Below are positions 41,801 to 52,080 of a DNA stretch of 64,000 nt, piece after piece. A program made the translations under genes and the position numbers. The DNA comes from Haliotis rubra (taxonomy: Eukaryota), in NCBI RefSeq assembly GCF_003918875.1, contig NW_025765178.1, forward strand, positions 1 through 64,000, given 5' to 3'. The number at the start of each line of letters is the position of its first letter. Within the stretch, counting starts at the first letter, position 1. The notes beneath the pieces are model-generated. The model saw only the letters and a program-made list of their open reading frames with translations. It did no database searches and had not been told where the DNA came from.

Positions 41801-44800
41801 TAAGGAATAGAAAACAGGTATTCAACAACTCTTCAACTGTAAATAGAAAATGCCTGTACCCTTTTATATATTACATGCATCGATATCGTACTCGTCGATT
41901 AATAGCATATTCTGTCGCCTATGGATTTGTCAGATTAGTGTCAAACTAACAGTCGCCCTGAGGTTCCTGATTAGACATGATTACTTTGTATGCAAGCAAC
42001 GATTCAAATAGTGCTACTGTTATTCTTACTACTGTAGGTCTGTGATTTAATGGTTTAACTCTCAGGTCACAGTATCCACGAATCAGGGGACCTGACCTCC
42101 ACCAGCTATACAGCGACAGGTCTGAATTTACGTCCAAACACCGTCTACTACTGCAGTGTCCTGGCTTATAACAAGGCTGGTCTGGTCAGCTGGGCCTACT
42201 CTGATGGAGTACAGGTGGACGTCATGCCTCCGGTGGCAGGGAGAGTGAAGGATGGAGCAGGTACTATGCTGCAAAATTAACAGTCAGTGATGGAGAAGAC
42301 CAATACAAAAATGAAAACAGTAGATACTTTCAACATTAATGATGCATTGTACATCGGTATGTGATCCATGATTTCAGCTTGCGGGACTATTGCAAGACTA
42401 TATCTTTTACATCTGCAGACCTCCACGACCAGGACTACCAGAGTTCAACATCCGAAATCTCTGCCTCCTGGTACGGCTTCTCGGACACATACTACACCAT
42501 AGCCAAGTATTTCTGGTGTGTGGGGACAATCAACGACACATCAGATTGCAGTGTGATGGGCTGGTTGGATTTTGGACTGCACACATCTTTCAGTAGATCA
42601 CTTCCAACTCCATTGTCTGCTGGTAAATATACCATATATTACATTAAAATGTAGAGTCAGGATATAGTGATACATATCTTCACATTTCTTAAATATACTG
42701 ACGATGTTTACAGGTACATTATGGAACAAAGTGTATGCTATAGACGCGGTTGGTCATGCTTCTGACGTAGCTGTATCTGATGGAGTTGTCATCGACACAT
42801 CACCCCCTGAACCTAAGGATGTAGCATATCTTGGAAACAATCTGGTGATGAACCCATCTTTCGAGGTAGACAAAATAGCTGGTTCAACGAAATGCAGCCT
42901 TGTCATACCAACATCATGGGAAAGTGACACGGCGTCGTGTATCAAGGTTCAGGCGCCGGATTCGCCTTTAGCTAAAGATGGACATAAGTTTGTGTCCGTA
43001 AGTGGAAGCATCCAACAAACGATCTCAGGCCTTGAGGTTGGGAGGGAGTACAAGCTGACTCTGCATGCTGGATACCCAGAGACTGTTTCCAACACCCACA
43101 GATCAGTTGATGCAATAGTTACAATAGGAAGTGAAGTCTTCAGCTTTACCCTTGACCCTAACCTCTGTAGAGGCACCTGCAGTGTCGGAGATCACTCAGT
43201 CGTCCTCTGGAACAAACACACATACAGGTTCACAGCCGTAGATACCAGCATGGTGCTGAAGATATCGTCATCGTCAAGGATGATGGAGTTTGTACTGGAC
43301 CATGTAAGTGTCCAGACCGTGGACTATGTTGCTGGTCCGGACAGTGTGGACACAGAGGAGCATCTGGTGGTCCACTCTGTGTTCCTGTCACACTGGTCAT
43401 CTCTACATGCTTCCTGGCACTTTGAGGACCTGCAATCTCCAATTACACAGTACAAATGGGCGATTGGTACGTTAACCTTCACACTCATAGTGTTAGAACA
43501 ACGTGCACAGATTCGATCTGTCTCATGATTTAATTTTTCCTAAAATATTGCTGACACTTGCTAAGATAAATATGATGAACCCAATTATTACATTCAGTTT
43601 CTAGTGATAATGTACTGAGTTATAAGCATTTTATCACTTGAGGGTAACACTATGTATCATAAAATACTCTGTAGTGAGGCACGTATCAAGGACTCACGCT
43701 CCTGTAAAGTGACATACAATTCGCAATGCAGAGTCACAGTCACTGTCCACTGTAGCGCGTTAATTACTTTCATCACCTCGACGTATTTTCAGGGACAGTT
43801 CCAGGTGGCAGTCAACTTCAGAAGTATACGAATGTGGGCCGAAAGCGTCAAGGTGTAATTTCTGGTCTAAAGTTGGTCCACAACACCAAAGTTTACATCA
43901 CTGTTATAGCAACGAATGCTGCTGGACTGACTAGTGTTTCCCATGGACAACCCATCATTGTAGATCTGACGCCGCCAATCTTCCGTCACATCGGTGATGG
44001 TCCAGGTACATGTCGTAGGATGGATGATTGTGTTCCGCTTCACAACGCATTTGGTTGTCTACCAGCTATATCACAACCATACACAATTTATGGAAACTAA
44101 TGTAACTTAATGTAAAGGCAAATACTCCAAATCACAAGTTACCGATAACAGCAAGATCGTATGTTACGATGCCCATAGGTGTATCTAAGAGCCGAAGACA
44201 GAACTAACAAAACAAAACTTGTGCCGGCTTGAACTTTAAACTTAAACCTTTATGCAATACAAAAATATACATGTACTTACGTGTGATCCTACATTAAAAA
44301 TCATGAACCATTACTCCAAACGTATTTTCAAGTTCATTCTTTGTGTTTAGGTCCAGATGAAGATCATCAAACATCAAGTGTGGTTAGCGTCAACTGGAAA
44401 GTGACGGATGAAGAGTCTGGTGTCGACCACTGTGACTGGGCTATTGGTACGTGAATGCACTTGCCGATATTATGAGTGATGNNNNNNNNNNNNNNNNNNN
44501 NNNNNNNNNNNNNNNNNNNNNNNNNNNNNNNNNNNNNNNNNNNNNNNNNNNNNNNNNNNNNNNNNNNNNNNNNNNNNNNNNNNNNNNNNNNNNNNNNNNN
44601 NNNNNNNNNNNNNNNNNNNNNNNNNNNNNNNNTTCTGTTGTTCCTCAAACAGGAAGACGCAGACGAAGCGACGACATCATGACATTCCGCACAGTGCCCA
44701 CAGGAGAGTCCACAGCTGTGATGGACATTAGTGATGCATTCAACACCTCATCAATAACAGTTTACACAACAATACGATGTTTCAACAAGGCAGGCTTAGT

Positions 44801-46672
44801 GGTGGCTGCGACGACGGACGGGGTTGAAATTGTCAGAGAAATTAACAAGATATCACTAGAAGAATTGAGTGTCTTGAGTGGGACCCAGACTGAATCCATC
44901 TCCTCTGACAGAGGGATGTGTCATCAGGACCAGAACACAGTCAGGCTCCACTGGAGCCAGGCCGACCGACAGCTGAGGTCCACAGTGGTAAGTGGCTTAC
45001 TGTACCTTAGTCCTCGACATGTGTAAGATCTACGCTAATGGTGGTACAAGTGATGTTGTTGTTTAACACCACACTCGGAAATATTGCAGCTATATGACGG
45101 TGGTCTGCAAATAACCGAGTCTGGACCAGACAATCCAGTGTTCAACATCATGAACATCCGTCTACACAATTAGAATACGGTGACATGTATCATGACATGA
45201 GGCTGACCACCCGATCCGATAGGTCGACTCTTTCGACAATCCTTGGCTACTGAAGGCCAATTCACCCAGCGGTGAAGGGTGATCCGAAAAGTGCGCAATG
45301 TTACGATGATGGATAAACACAACTGGATTAGGTTTGTTGATAAACGTTTTGGTGGTTGTCAGTTGCCTTTGTTATATATCTCGTTATATTTATAGGTTTC
45401 AGTTGAGGGTAAACTGCGTACCTACCAGGGTGATATTCCAAACTACATGCATTACACATATGCTACATTTTCCGATGTAAACTTGGAGATTGGCTCGACA
45501 TACAACGTCTGTGTCGTTCCTGTTGACGTGTTTGGGACGACTGGAGAGAAATCAACTTCGTACTTTACAGTTCGTCATGAACCACCAACTGTATCTGGTT
45601 AGTACTGATAACGTCAAACAATCAGCCTCCAGTCACTGTCCTAACATGACATGTCATGTAGCGGTGGGTTACATATGTCCAACATTCATGATCAGTATAC
45701 ATGAAGGTAAACTTATGAATTCTCATTGTTTATGGAATTGATAATCAATTATATATAATGTTAATTTTGATATTGTTATCAAACGGAAATGTGAGAGCGA
45801 TTGTCTAAATAGGAACAGTTACAAGAGTCGCACAAGATAGGAAGTCCGAAAGTGCCGCGTTAATTATACCCACAACTACATGTATTGGTGAGAACGATAT
45901 CCCCAAATGCAACATATCTTATATTTAGGATTACACTTTCTTAGTAAAGTACAAATTCTAGTACTTTTTGGGGTGAGTCCCATGCGGGATTCGAACCCGT
46001 ACTCTAAGAATCAGACACCTAATCGCCAGCACACAATGACGCCTAGACCGCTCAGCCACCGCGGCTTCCACAAAAATGGAAGTCGGACAACTAGTAGTCT
46101 AGACTGCAGACTTTGTGTAATGGCGATTAGGTGCCTGACTCTGCGGGCGGGGGTTCGAATCCCGGATCGGACTCAACCCAAAGATTCGAACCCACACCCT
46201 CAGGCAACAAATCGCCAGCACACATAGATGTCCCCAAAGTCCGAAATCCCCAGATAAATTAGAATAAAGAGTATATAATATAAAATCTGATGAACTTTGG
46301 CACAATAAATGAGCACTCTCTTTGTGGTTGTGTTTAGCGCTATATGAAGTTTCAGTAATATTGATATATATCCTGTTTCGAATTTCATTTCCAGATTCGG
46401 GACGCATATCCCTTTCACAAAACAAAACCAAGCTGACCGTGTCGTGGAGGAACATGTTTATGTCTCCTTGGAATGACCTCGACTATGAAGTGCACATAGG
46501 AACATTGCTTGGAGGAGCTGATATTGTCGACAGAATGTTGACAAAGAAGGAAGAAATTGTCATTCAGCTGAACTCGAGACAAGCTGAATATATCTATGCT
46601 ATGATAACTGCTATCGATGTCTGTGGAGCTTACATTCAACGTACTCAGAGTTTCACTATCAATTATGACTAG
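26894..46672 (+). CDS. Paralogue B, intact part: 37 exons encoding 2416 aa of a giant uncharacterised FN3-like repeat protein with Cys-rich and CBM-like modules
   Basis: GT-AG, phase-compatible exons: 26894-27053, 27388-27609, 27738-27885, 28124-28398, 28936-29133, 29246-29381, 29776-29810, 29952-30081, 30362-30591, 31065-31235, 31366-31537, 32942-33196, 33991-34211, 34344-34449, 34623-34739, 34935-35067, 35586-35757, 36016-36292, 37208-37397, 37502-37716, 37855-38087, 38522-38675, 38770-38948, 39369-39509, 39647-39809, 40222-40354, 40793-40914, 41086-41225, 41331-41478, 42066-42260, 42419-42622, 42714-43466, 43793-44005, 44351-44446, 44653-44987, 45396-45597, 46395-46672 (TAG). The sum is 7252 nt = 1 + 3x2417. 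Recurrent motifs WxxFxDxESG, YxxxxGTxxGxxD, VxAxNxAGL and SDGVxVDxxPP. Confidence 0.92.
31751..32785. mobile_element. Non-autonomous Kolobok-like DNA transposon in an intron of B
   Basis: TTAA-GGTCACATGCAACCAAAAC at the left end and GTTTTACGTTGCATGCGACCT-TTAA at the right end (TIR plus TTAA target site); no ORF. Confidence 0.7.
35285..35545 (-). mobile_element. 3' end of a retroposon family with (ACTC)n tail; relatives at ~28708-28772 (+) and ~47155-47560 (-)
   Basis: GAGTGAGTTAATATTTAACGTCGCATCGGCAATAT is the reverse complement of the 28730-28772 tail; GGCTATAGA-containing segment is shared with 47355. Confidence 0.6.
36385..36904 (-). mobile_element. Internally deleted Tc1 element retaining the transposase C-terminus
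   Basis: Minus ORF 36616-36858 reads PHLNPLEHIWD..LEAVLHEEWRRLP..IRRL..MRR..VIKSHG. TIRs ..TTAAGCACCCC / GGGGTGCTTAACTAAGTTCTTTGTGTA with TA flanks. Confidence 0.85.
39054..39276 (-). mobile_element. SINE (abalone-type, family 2) with (ACTC)n tail
   Basis: GAGTGAGTGAGTTTAG..GGCGGTCTGTAAATAATCGAGTCTGGACCAGAC..CTGACCACCCGATCCCG..CCCGGACCTTCACGGG. A second copy is at 45055-45270. Confidence 0.85.
42714..43466 (+). CDS. Large exon of B encoding a galactose-binding-like / CBM (CBM_4_9- or DUF642-like) jelly-roll domain between FN3-like modules
   Basis: NLVMNPSFE ... DGHKFVSV ... IQQTISGLEVGREYKLTL ... WNKHTYRFTA ... LDHVSV match the NLxxNPSFE / Q...GxxYxL / W...F.A / LDxVSV pattern of this fold. 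Confidence 0.8.
44482..44632. other. Assembly gap (151 N) inside intron 44447-44652
   Basis: Run of N. Confidence 0.99.
45055..45270 (-). mobile_element. SINE family 2, diverged copy
   Basis: GGTCTGCAAATAACCGAGTCTGGACCAGACAATCCAGTG..GGCTGACCACCCGATCC matches 39090-39215. Confidence 0.8.
45965..46226. repeat. Inverted array of tRNA-like (Pol III A/B box) repeats
   Basis: Minus copy ~45968-46068 (TGGCTGAGCGGTCTAGG..GGTTCGAATCCC), plus copy ~46095-46182 (GGCGATTAGGTG..GGTTCGAATCCC), and a partial minus copy 46183-46226. Confidence 0.7.
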
Positions 46673-46891
46673 TTATTTTTAAGACATTGTATAGCATGTT
46701 AAGACATCAGGTACGCTTTGATACAGTGTCAATCATTTGTATTAAGTATTGGAAATGAAACATGCAGCTGATTTAATGATGTAAAGTACTGAACGAAATT
46801 GTGTAGTTCTGCACAGCACATATAGGTGTTTCACAATGATTTTTTAGGTTGTTTTCATGTGTCGCAATATATTGATGATACTTGTATACAT

Positions 46892-46897
46892 AATAAA
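46892..46897 (+). promoter_or_regulatory. Candidate polyadenylation signal of paralogue B
   Basis: AATAAA 220 nt after the stop codon, followed by a GT/T-rich stretch. Confidence 0.5.
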
Positions 46898-47834
46898 TAT
46901 ATATATTAAAATAATGTTGTAAGTTGATTTTTTTAAGATTGTGAAGAGCACTTCGTTCTTGATCCGCTTGATCAATTGCAGATGATTTACTTAATATGCT
47001 TTAGTTTCATCTTCGTATGTAATGCTGGACCAAAAGAAAACTCACTTGATGACTGGTGGCATTTGCCTGTTAAAATCCATAAAACAAATATTACATGAAG
47101 TAAAATGTATTGAAAAGATCAAAATTACAATTAATACAGTTGTTACATTCAGATTGAGTGAGTTAGTGAGTTAAAACTTTACATAGCTTTGGCGATATCG
47201 CAGCCATATGGCGATGAGAACAATTGGAATAATATTAAAGGTCTGTCTACAAAGGACAGTTTTTGAGTATCAAAGATTAGTTATAAAGCAAACCAATTCT
47301 TTATAAAATAAGTCATTACTTCCTCTGGCTATAATTTAGTATAAATTAAAACTAGGCTATAGACCACTAGCGACCAAAGTCATCTTCTGGGTATCAAGGG
47401 GACTTACGCTACATCTGCTTTTTGCATGATTCCCATTACTTTGGCCACCAGTGTCTGTATGCAGGACTAACCAATATTAAAAACTTACCCACAATTGAGC
47501 AATTACAACGCTAGTAGACGATGATATAATCTTCAGTTAGTGTGGACTTACGCGCCACTGTCAGGGGGACAATACTTTTAAACTACTTTAACCCCTGAGT
47601 TATACCGCCATTAATAATCTAAGCTGGTGATAACAACACACAAATTTTATAACAGTTCAAATGTTCAAAATTTATCTGATCAAGATTTTGACATTGTTTT
47701 ATATTTTTATATTTGTAAACATATCCTTTGAAGATGATGATTGATAACAGGCACCCCTCCTGAGAGAGAAATCTATGCAGTCAAGCAAAATGTGTTTGAC
47801 TGTGTTTCTCTCCTCTCAAGGGACACAAATGAGA

Positions 47835-47960
47835 GAGTAGGTGAGTTTGGTTTTACGCAGCTTTTACCAATATTCCAGCAATATAACGGTGGGGCACCAA
47901 AAATGGGCTGCACACATAGTACCTATTCATGTATGCAGTCGAATTCGTGTCGTCAGGACG
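47835..47960 (-). mobile_element. SINE family 1, diverged copy
   Basis: GTTTTACGCAGCTTTTACCAATATTCCAGCAATA..CACCAAAAATGGGCTGCACACATAGTACC is the reverse complement of the 9145-9230 body. Confidence 0.75.
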
Positions 47961-48150
47961 ATCTTGATTGACAAGAAGTTCACCTGGCTCTGCAGGCCTG
48001 TCTCTGCAGGTATGTTACGTTGTCACTCGGAAGCATCCAAAGGTTCTAGCAATGTGGACATAGGTCTTTGCCATCTGACTCCTGATGGAGTGAGCTTGTA
48101 AATGGATTTGGGAAGTTAGAAATCAGAAAAAAACACATGTATTTATCGAC

Positions 48151-48274
48151 CTGGGGCTCCTTTCACGAAGCAAGCTTTACTAAGGTTAACCTTATCTCCC
48201 ATTCTTTAACATTGCACTAAGGTTACCTTAGTGACCTCACGATCACCTTAGTGCTTTGTGAAAGGAGGCCCAGG
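48151..48274. mobile_element. Short MITE (Harbinger-like termini), related to 24148-24263
   Basis: CTGGGGCTCCTTTCACGAAGC / GCTTTGTGAAAGGAGGCCCAG inverted termini plus internal inverted repeat ACTAAGG / CCTTAGT. Confidence 0.7.
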
Positions 48275-50359
48275 AACAAGTTCGACATGCCTCCCGGGAC
48301 AATGCCAGTTGGAGAACTATAGGTATGCTTTATGTGGTGCATGTGCCTTGGTGGACGACGTTGCTCGTCCACAGCAACACAATTTAGCACGTATGGCGAC
48401 CTAGTCAGCAAAACAATCAACCTATAAACACAGCTTCAAGTCAGCATCCCTTACAACTCAAACCATACCTATCAATAGTGGTGTATCTGCGAGGACTGCT
48501 CGACGAGGTCTTCAGTATCAAGGCAAGGCGCCTCGCCCGACGGCCAACTCTGACGCCAGAACAGCAACATCGACGTCTCCATTGGAGTGGAGAAGAGATA
48601 AGCGTCCATCTTCACCAGGCTGACGGAAGGGGACCATTTTGGAGGCGAAGATGATAGGCCTGCATCAAAACATACAACGCTACTTGACGTATAATCTTGC
48701 TCGTGAACCCCCATATTTGTTGTGGCCTATTTGCATGTTCCAGGTGCACTGTTCTCATGGACTGTTGGTCGTTACCATACCTTAAAACATTTGTCTTCCC
48801 AAATGATAACTAGTAAAAGCAGCAGTAAACCTTACACAATGATTCAGTTTGTTGTCTATGTGTCACAGGTGTTATGCTGACATGACTAATGGCGGGGGTC
48901 AAGACTCGCTTTAATACGTCATAGATTCATGCGTACATCAAGATATGTCACGCACTACACAAATATGGTCTAAGGGAGGCAACTCCAACTGGCTTACATC
49001 ACAACAATAAGTATTCCCTTTGAATGCAGCATCTTCTGATATACATGCATCTGACAAGTATGTTTGTGTTGTCTGAGGTCCCGACATATGATTTTGATGG
49101 AGTCCTTTCTATAGCGCATGTGATGTTGAAATCGACAATTTGTGGGTAACAGTAATTGGATTATATAATTGTGATTAATTCAGAAGACGCAAGATCTCTG
49201 GTTGAAATGTCGTTCCCCAGGAAATCTCAGATCACAGGTAAGAACACTACACTGACAGTGAAAGGAATGCATTCCAGTTGAATGTCAACGAACTCGAGGT
49301 AAATTCTCACCGAAAGCATCTTAGTAATGAATGTTCACCTGTGCATTTCTGTTTGGTGAAAGAGGTTGACTGGAAATTATTGCTTGAAATAGATCTTCAA
49401 GTTGATGCCATATATGCCAACAATACATGTGGCACAATATAGACTCAACAAATCAATATATTATCATAGAGTGATGTAGCGTTGCATAGCTTGTCAGAGG
49501 AAGCGACTGATTAGCCGTTCGTAAATTATCGAGTACTGTCGTGGCATGATTGTAAGATGAAGAGTCATCTATGTTTACTTCCCTTTCATAACGCCAGACT
49601 CAGAATTTTTCGAGATGTTTGGCGGATACGGGAGATCTAACAGAAAACACCGAATTTATAGCGACCTTCAGGCAAGTTATGGCCACATGTCGCTGTTATG
49701 ATAGTCAGCTGTATCAGCTGGACGATGGCAATTTATGAGGCTGATAACATTATTACAAAATTAAACTTTACATAAATACGAATCGTGCATCACCTAAAAT
49801 ATACGCATCGTATTTGTTTCCGTTGAGAACAATTTTACACATACAAGATGTTCTTTATGATACTTGTGTTGATTATCAGATTATACTGTGAGTATGCTGA
49901 TATATTTTAGTGTTATGAAGTTAGGAACTGACATATGGAAATTACCATAATTCAACTTGAGAACATATATGCAAAGAATGAAAATGGCACTCAAAAGACT
50001 TAACAAATCATTCTACCATGACTACGTGAAATACTCGAACAGCACAGCCACATTACCTCCTATTATAAATAATATTCAAACTCAATTACAATCAATGCAC
50101 AGCCCCAAACATAAGTTTACAAACATCTAACATATAAATCAGAAAGCCTTGTAAAAATGCATCCCTATCTATAAAAATATTGCAGCAAAGCTAGTAAATA
50201 TTTGCCTACCTGGTAAATGGTATATTTGTTTCCTTTTAGAATGGGAAATTCGCAAGATTACGGTCGGGGTGGGGGTGGGTGGGTGTTATTGTGTGTGTGT
50301 GTGTGTGGCTCAAGCGTTTAAGGGGGTCTAGAAGTTTTAGGGTTTAAAGTAAAAAGTTC

Positions 50360-50393
<34 letters not shown>

Positions 50394-51339
50394 AAGTGTT
50401 CGGGTTGGACATAACAAAACCTCTGCATGAACTGCATCTTCGTTTATGCCTCGTCTACCACCTGACCCAACCTTCTTGTCCACAGCTTCAATATTGAGTG
50501 GATACTGTTTGCCTTACAACTTCATTTAAATGTTCTCACATTTTTTGCAGATTCTGACGAGATACGATCCAGGGTTCTCTGTGTCTTGAGTCTTGAGTCC
50601 TCCGCTTTACCGAGTGCACTACAACGAGTGATGGCGTCTTACAGTTGAATTGTAATACTTGTGTTTGATAGTCTTCTTTAGTGGGAGTCTGTATGTTGGA
50701 AAAGTTCGTGCGTGGACCGTGTTGCTGGTACATTTCATGCTTTATAAATTTGTACACGATTTTTTTAACGAGATTAAAGGGTGATAAGGTTCAATGAGAT
50801 TGTTTTGTTTGTCATTACCATAGCTATGTCTAAAATCAGACGATTCGGATTGTTACACAGAACCAAACAAAGTTAAAGTGAAGGTTCCAGACCACAGTTC
50901 CTCCACGTCTTTACCTCTGGATTACTTGTTTGATTCCACACTGGCTAGTGATTTACAGGAAAATATAGAGAGTGTGAATCAGAGTTCATCGTTATTCTCC
51001 CGCCTCGATGCTCACGATAATTGAATTTATCCTGACAGTCCCACCTTAACCCTGGACCCAGTACCAAACAACCTGTAGGACTGAATTTTTTTACTCTTTG
51101 CACTAAGATTTCTGCTGAGGAATCAGCCAGTAAATTCTGTCAGGATAATTATTTACTACCAAATAAGAGTAGGTGCATACATTGCAAGGCCGATGTGAGT
51201 AAAATTCAATAAGAAGAAATGTAAACAATCTAATAAAAAACACTATTCCCTTGAGAAAAAAACATCTGGTTTGAAGGAAGCAATATTTCCTTGAGAAAAT
51301 CACTCCTTCTCTGTTATTGTTTCGCGCGAAAAATTATCT

Positions 51340-52080
51340 TATGAACAGACTGCCAGAGAGACCTCAATTCCCCACGAGGTAGATGGTTGTAGCGACATAA
51401 CCACAACAGAAACAATATCGGACATTCGTGAGGTTTGTGTCGAGGACATCAAACTTGGTGGATGTACCAAAATAGGGGGACCGGGCACCACTATTGAGAT
51501 TGATGAGGCCAAATTTGGTAAACGAAAATATAATCGGGGCCACAAATTAAAAAACGTGACGGTTCTACTCTGCTACCCATCATAGGATATCATGCTCTTC
51601 CCGGTACAACAATAATCTCCGATGAGTGGGCTGCTTACAGAGGCATTAAAGATTTGGGATACGAACATTTGACTGTGAATCATTCATCAAATTTGTCGGT
51701 AAATATTTCTGAATATTATTAATATTCCCCTTATGATTGAATAATTTGTGGTAATTCATTTTGTTGATGTTCATAGGATATCATGCTTGCATACTCTCAT
51801 TGAAATGTAATATATATATAAATATATATATATTTATGATTGTGGTAATTCATTTGTTGATCAAGCACTAATAGATTTATATATATGCACGATGACTTGA
51901 AAGAAAACAGAAAACAGGTGGCGGTGCGTGAAGCGGCAACTCCATAGCACGCACTCAACCAGACGCAACTTCGACCTCCACCTGTCGGAATACATCTGGC
52001 GCACCTGTGTCGTTGGAGACAATCCACCGTTCGAGCATCTGATACATTCGATTGCCCGACTATACTCTTTGTAGGCAAGT
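51340..52080 (+). mobile_element. Merlin (IS1016/ISXO2-like) DDE transposase remnant
   Basis: KIGGPGTTIEIDEAKFGKRKYNRG (~51468-51540), PGTTIISDEWAAYRGIKDLGYEHLTVNHS (~51599-51688) and HLSEYIWR (~51979). Confidence 0.85.

Noticed and set aside
26442-43442. Antisense ORFs overlapping exons (e.g. 26442-26696, 37179-37373, 42949-43176)
   Set aside because: They are shadows of the + strand coding exons with no independent features.
45965-46182. Genuine tRNA genes
   Set aside because: A/B boxes are present, but I could not form a proper acceptor stem or anticodon arm, and the units are rearranged repeats.
26894-46672. Naming the gene as titin, tenascin, a receptor phosphatase or polycystin
   Set aside because: No kinase, phosphatase, fibrinogen, GPS or transmembrane region is seen; FN3-like similarity alone does not justify a symbol.
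48440-48720. GC-richer segment as a DIRS or other retroelement fragment, or a host exon
   Set aside because: Only a weak PLQWR-like motif on the minus strand; insufficient support.
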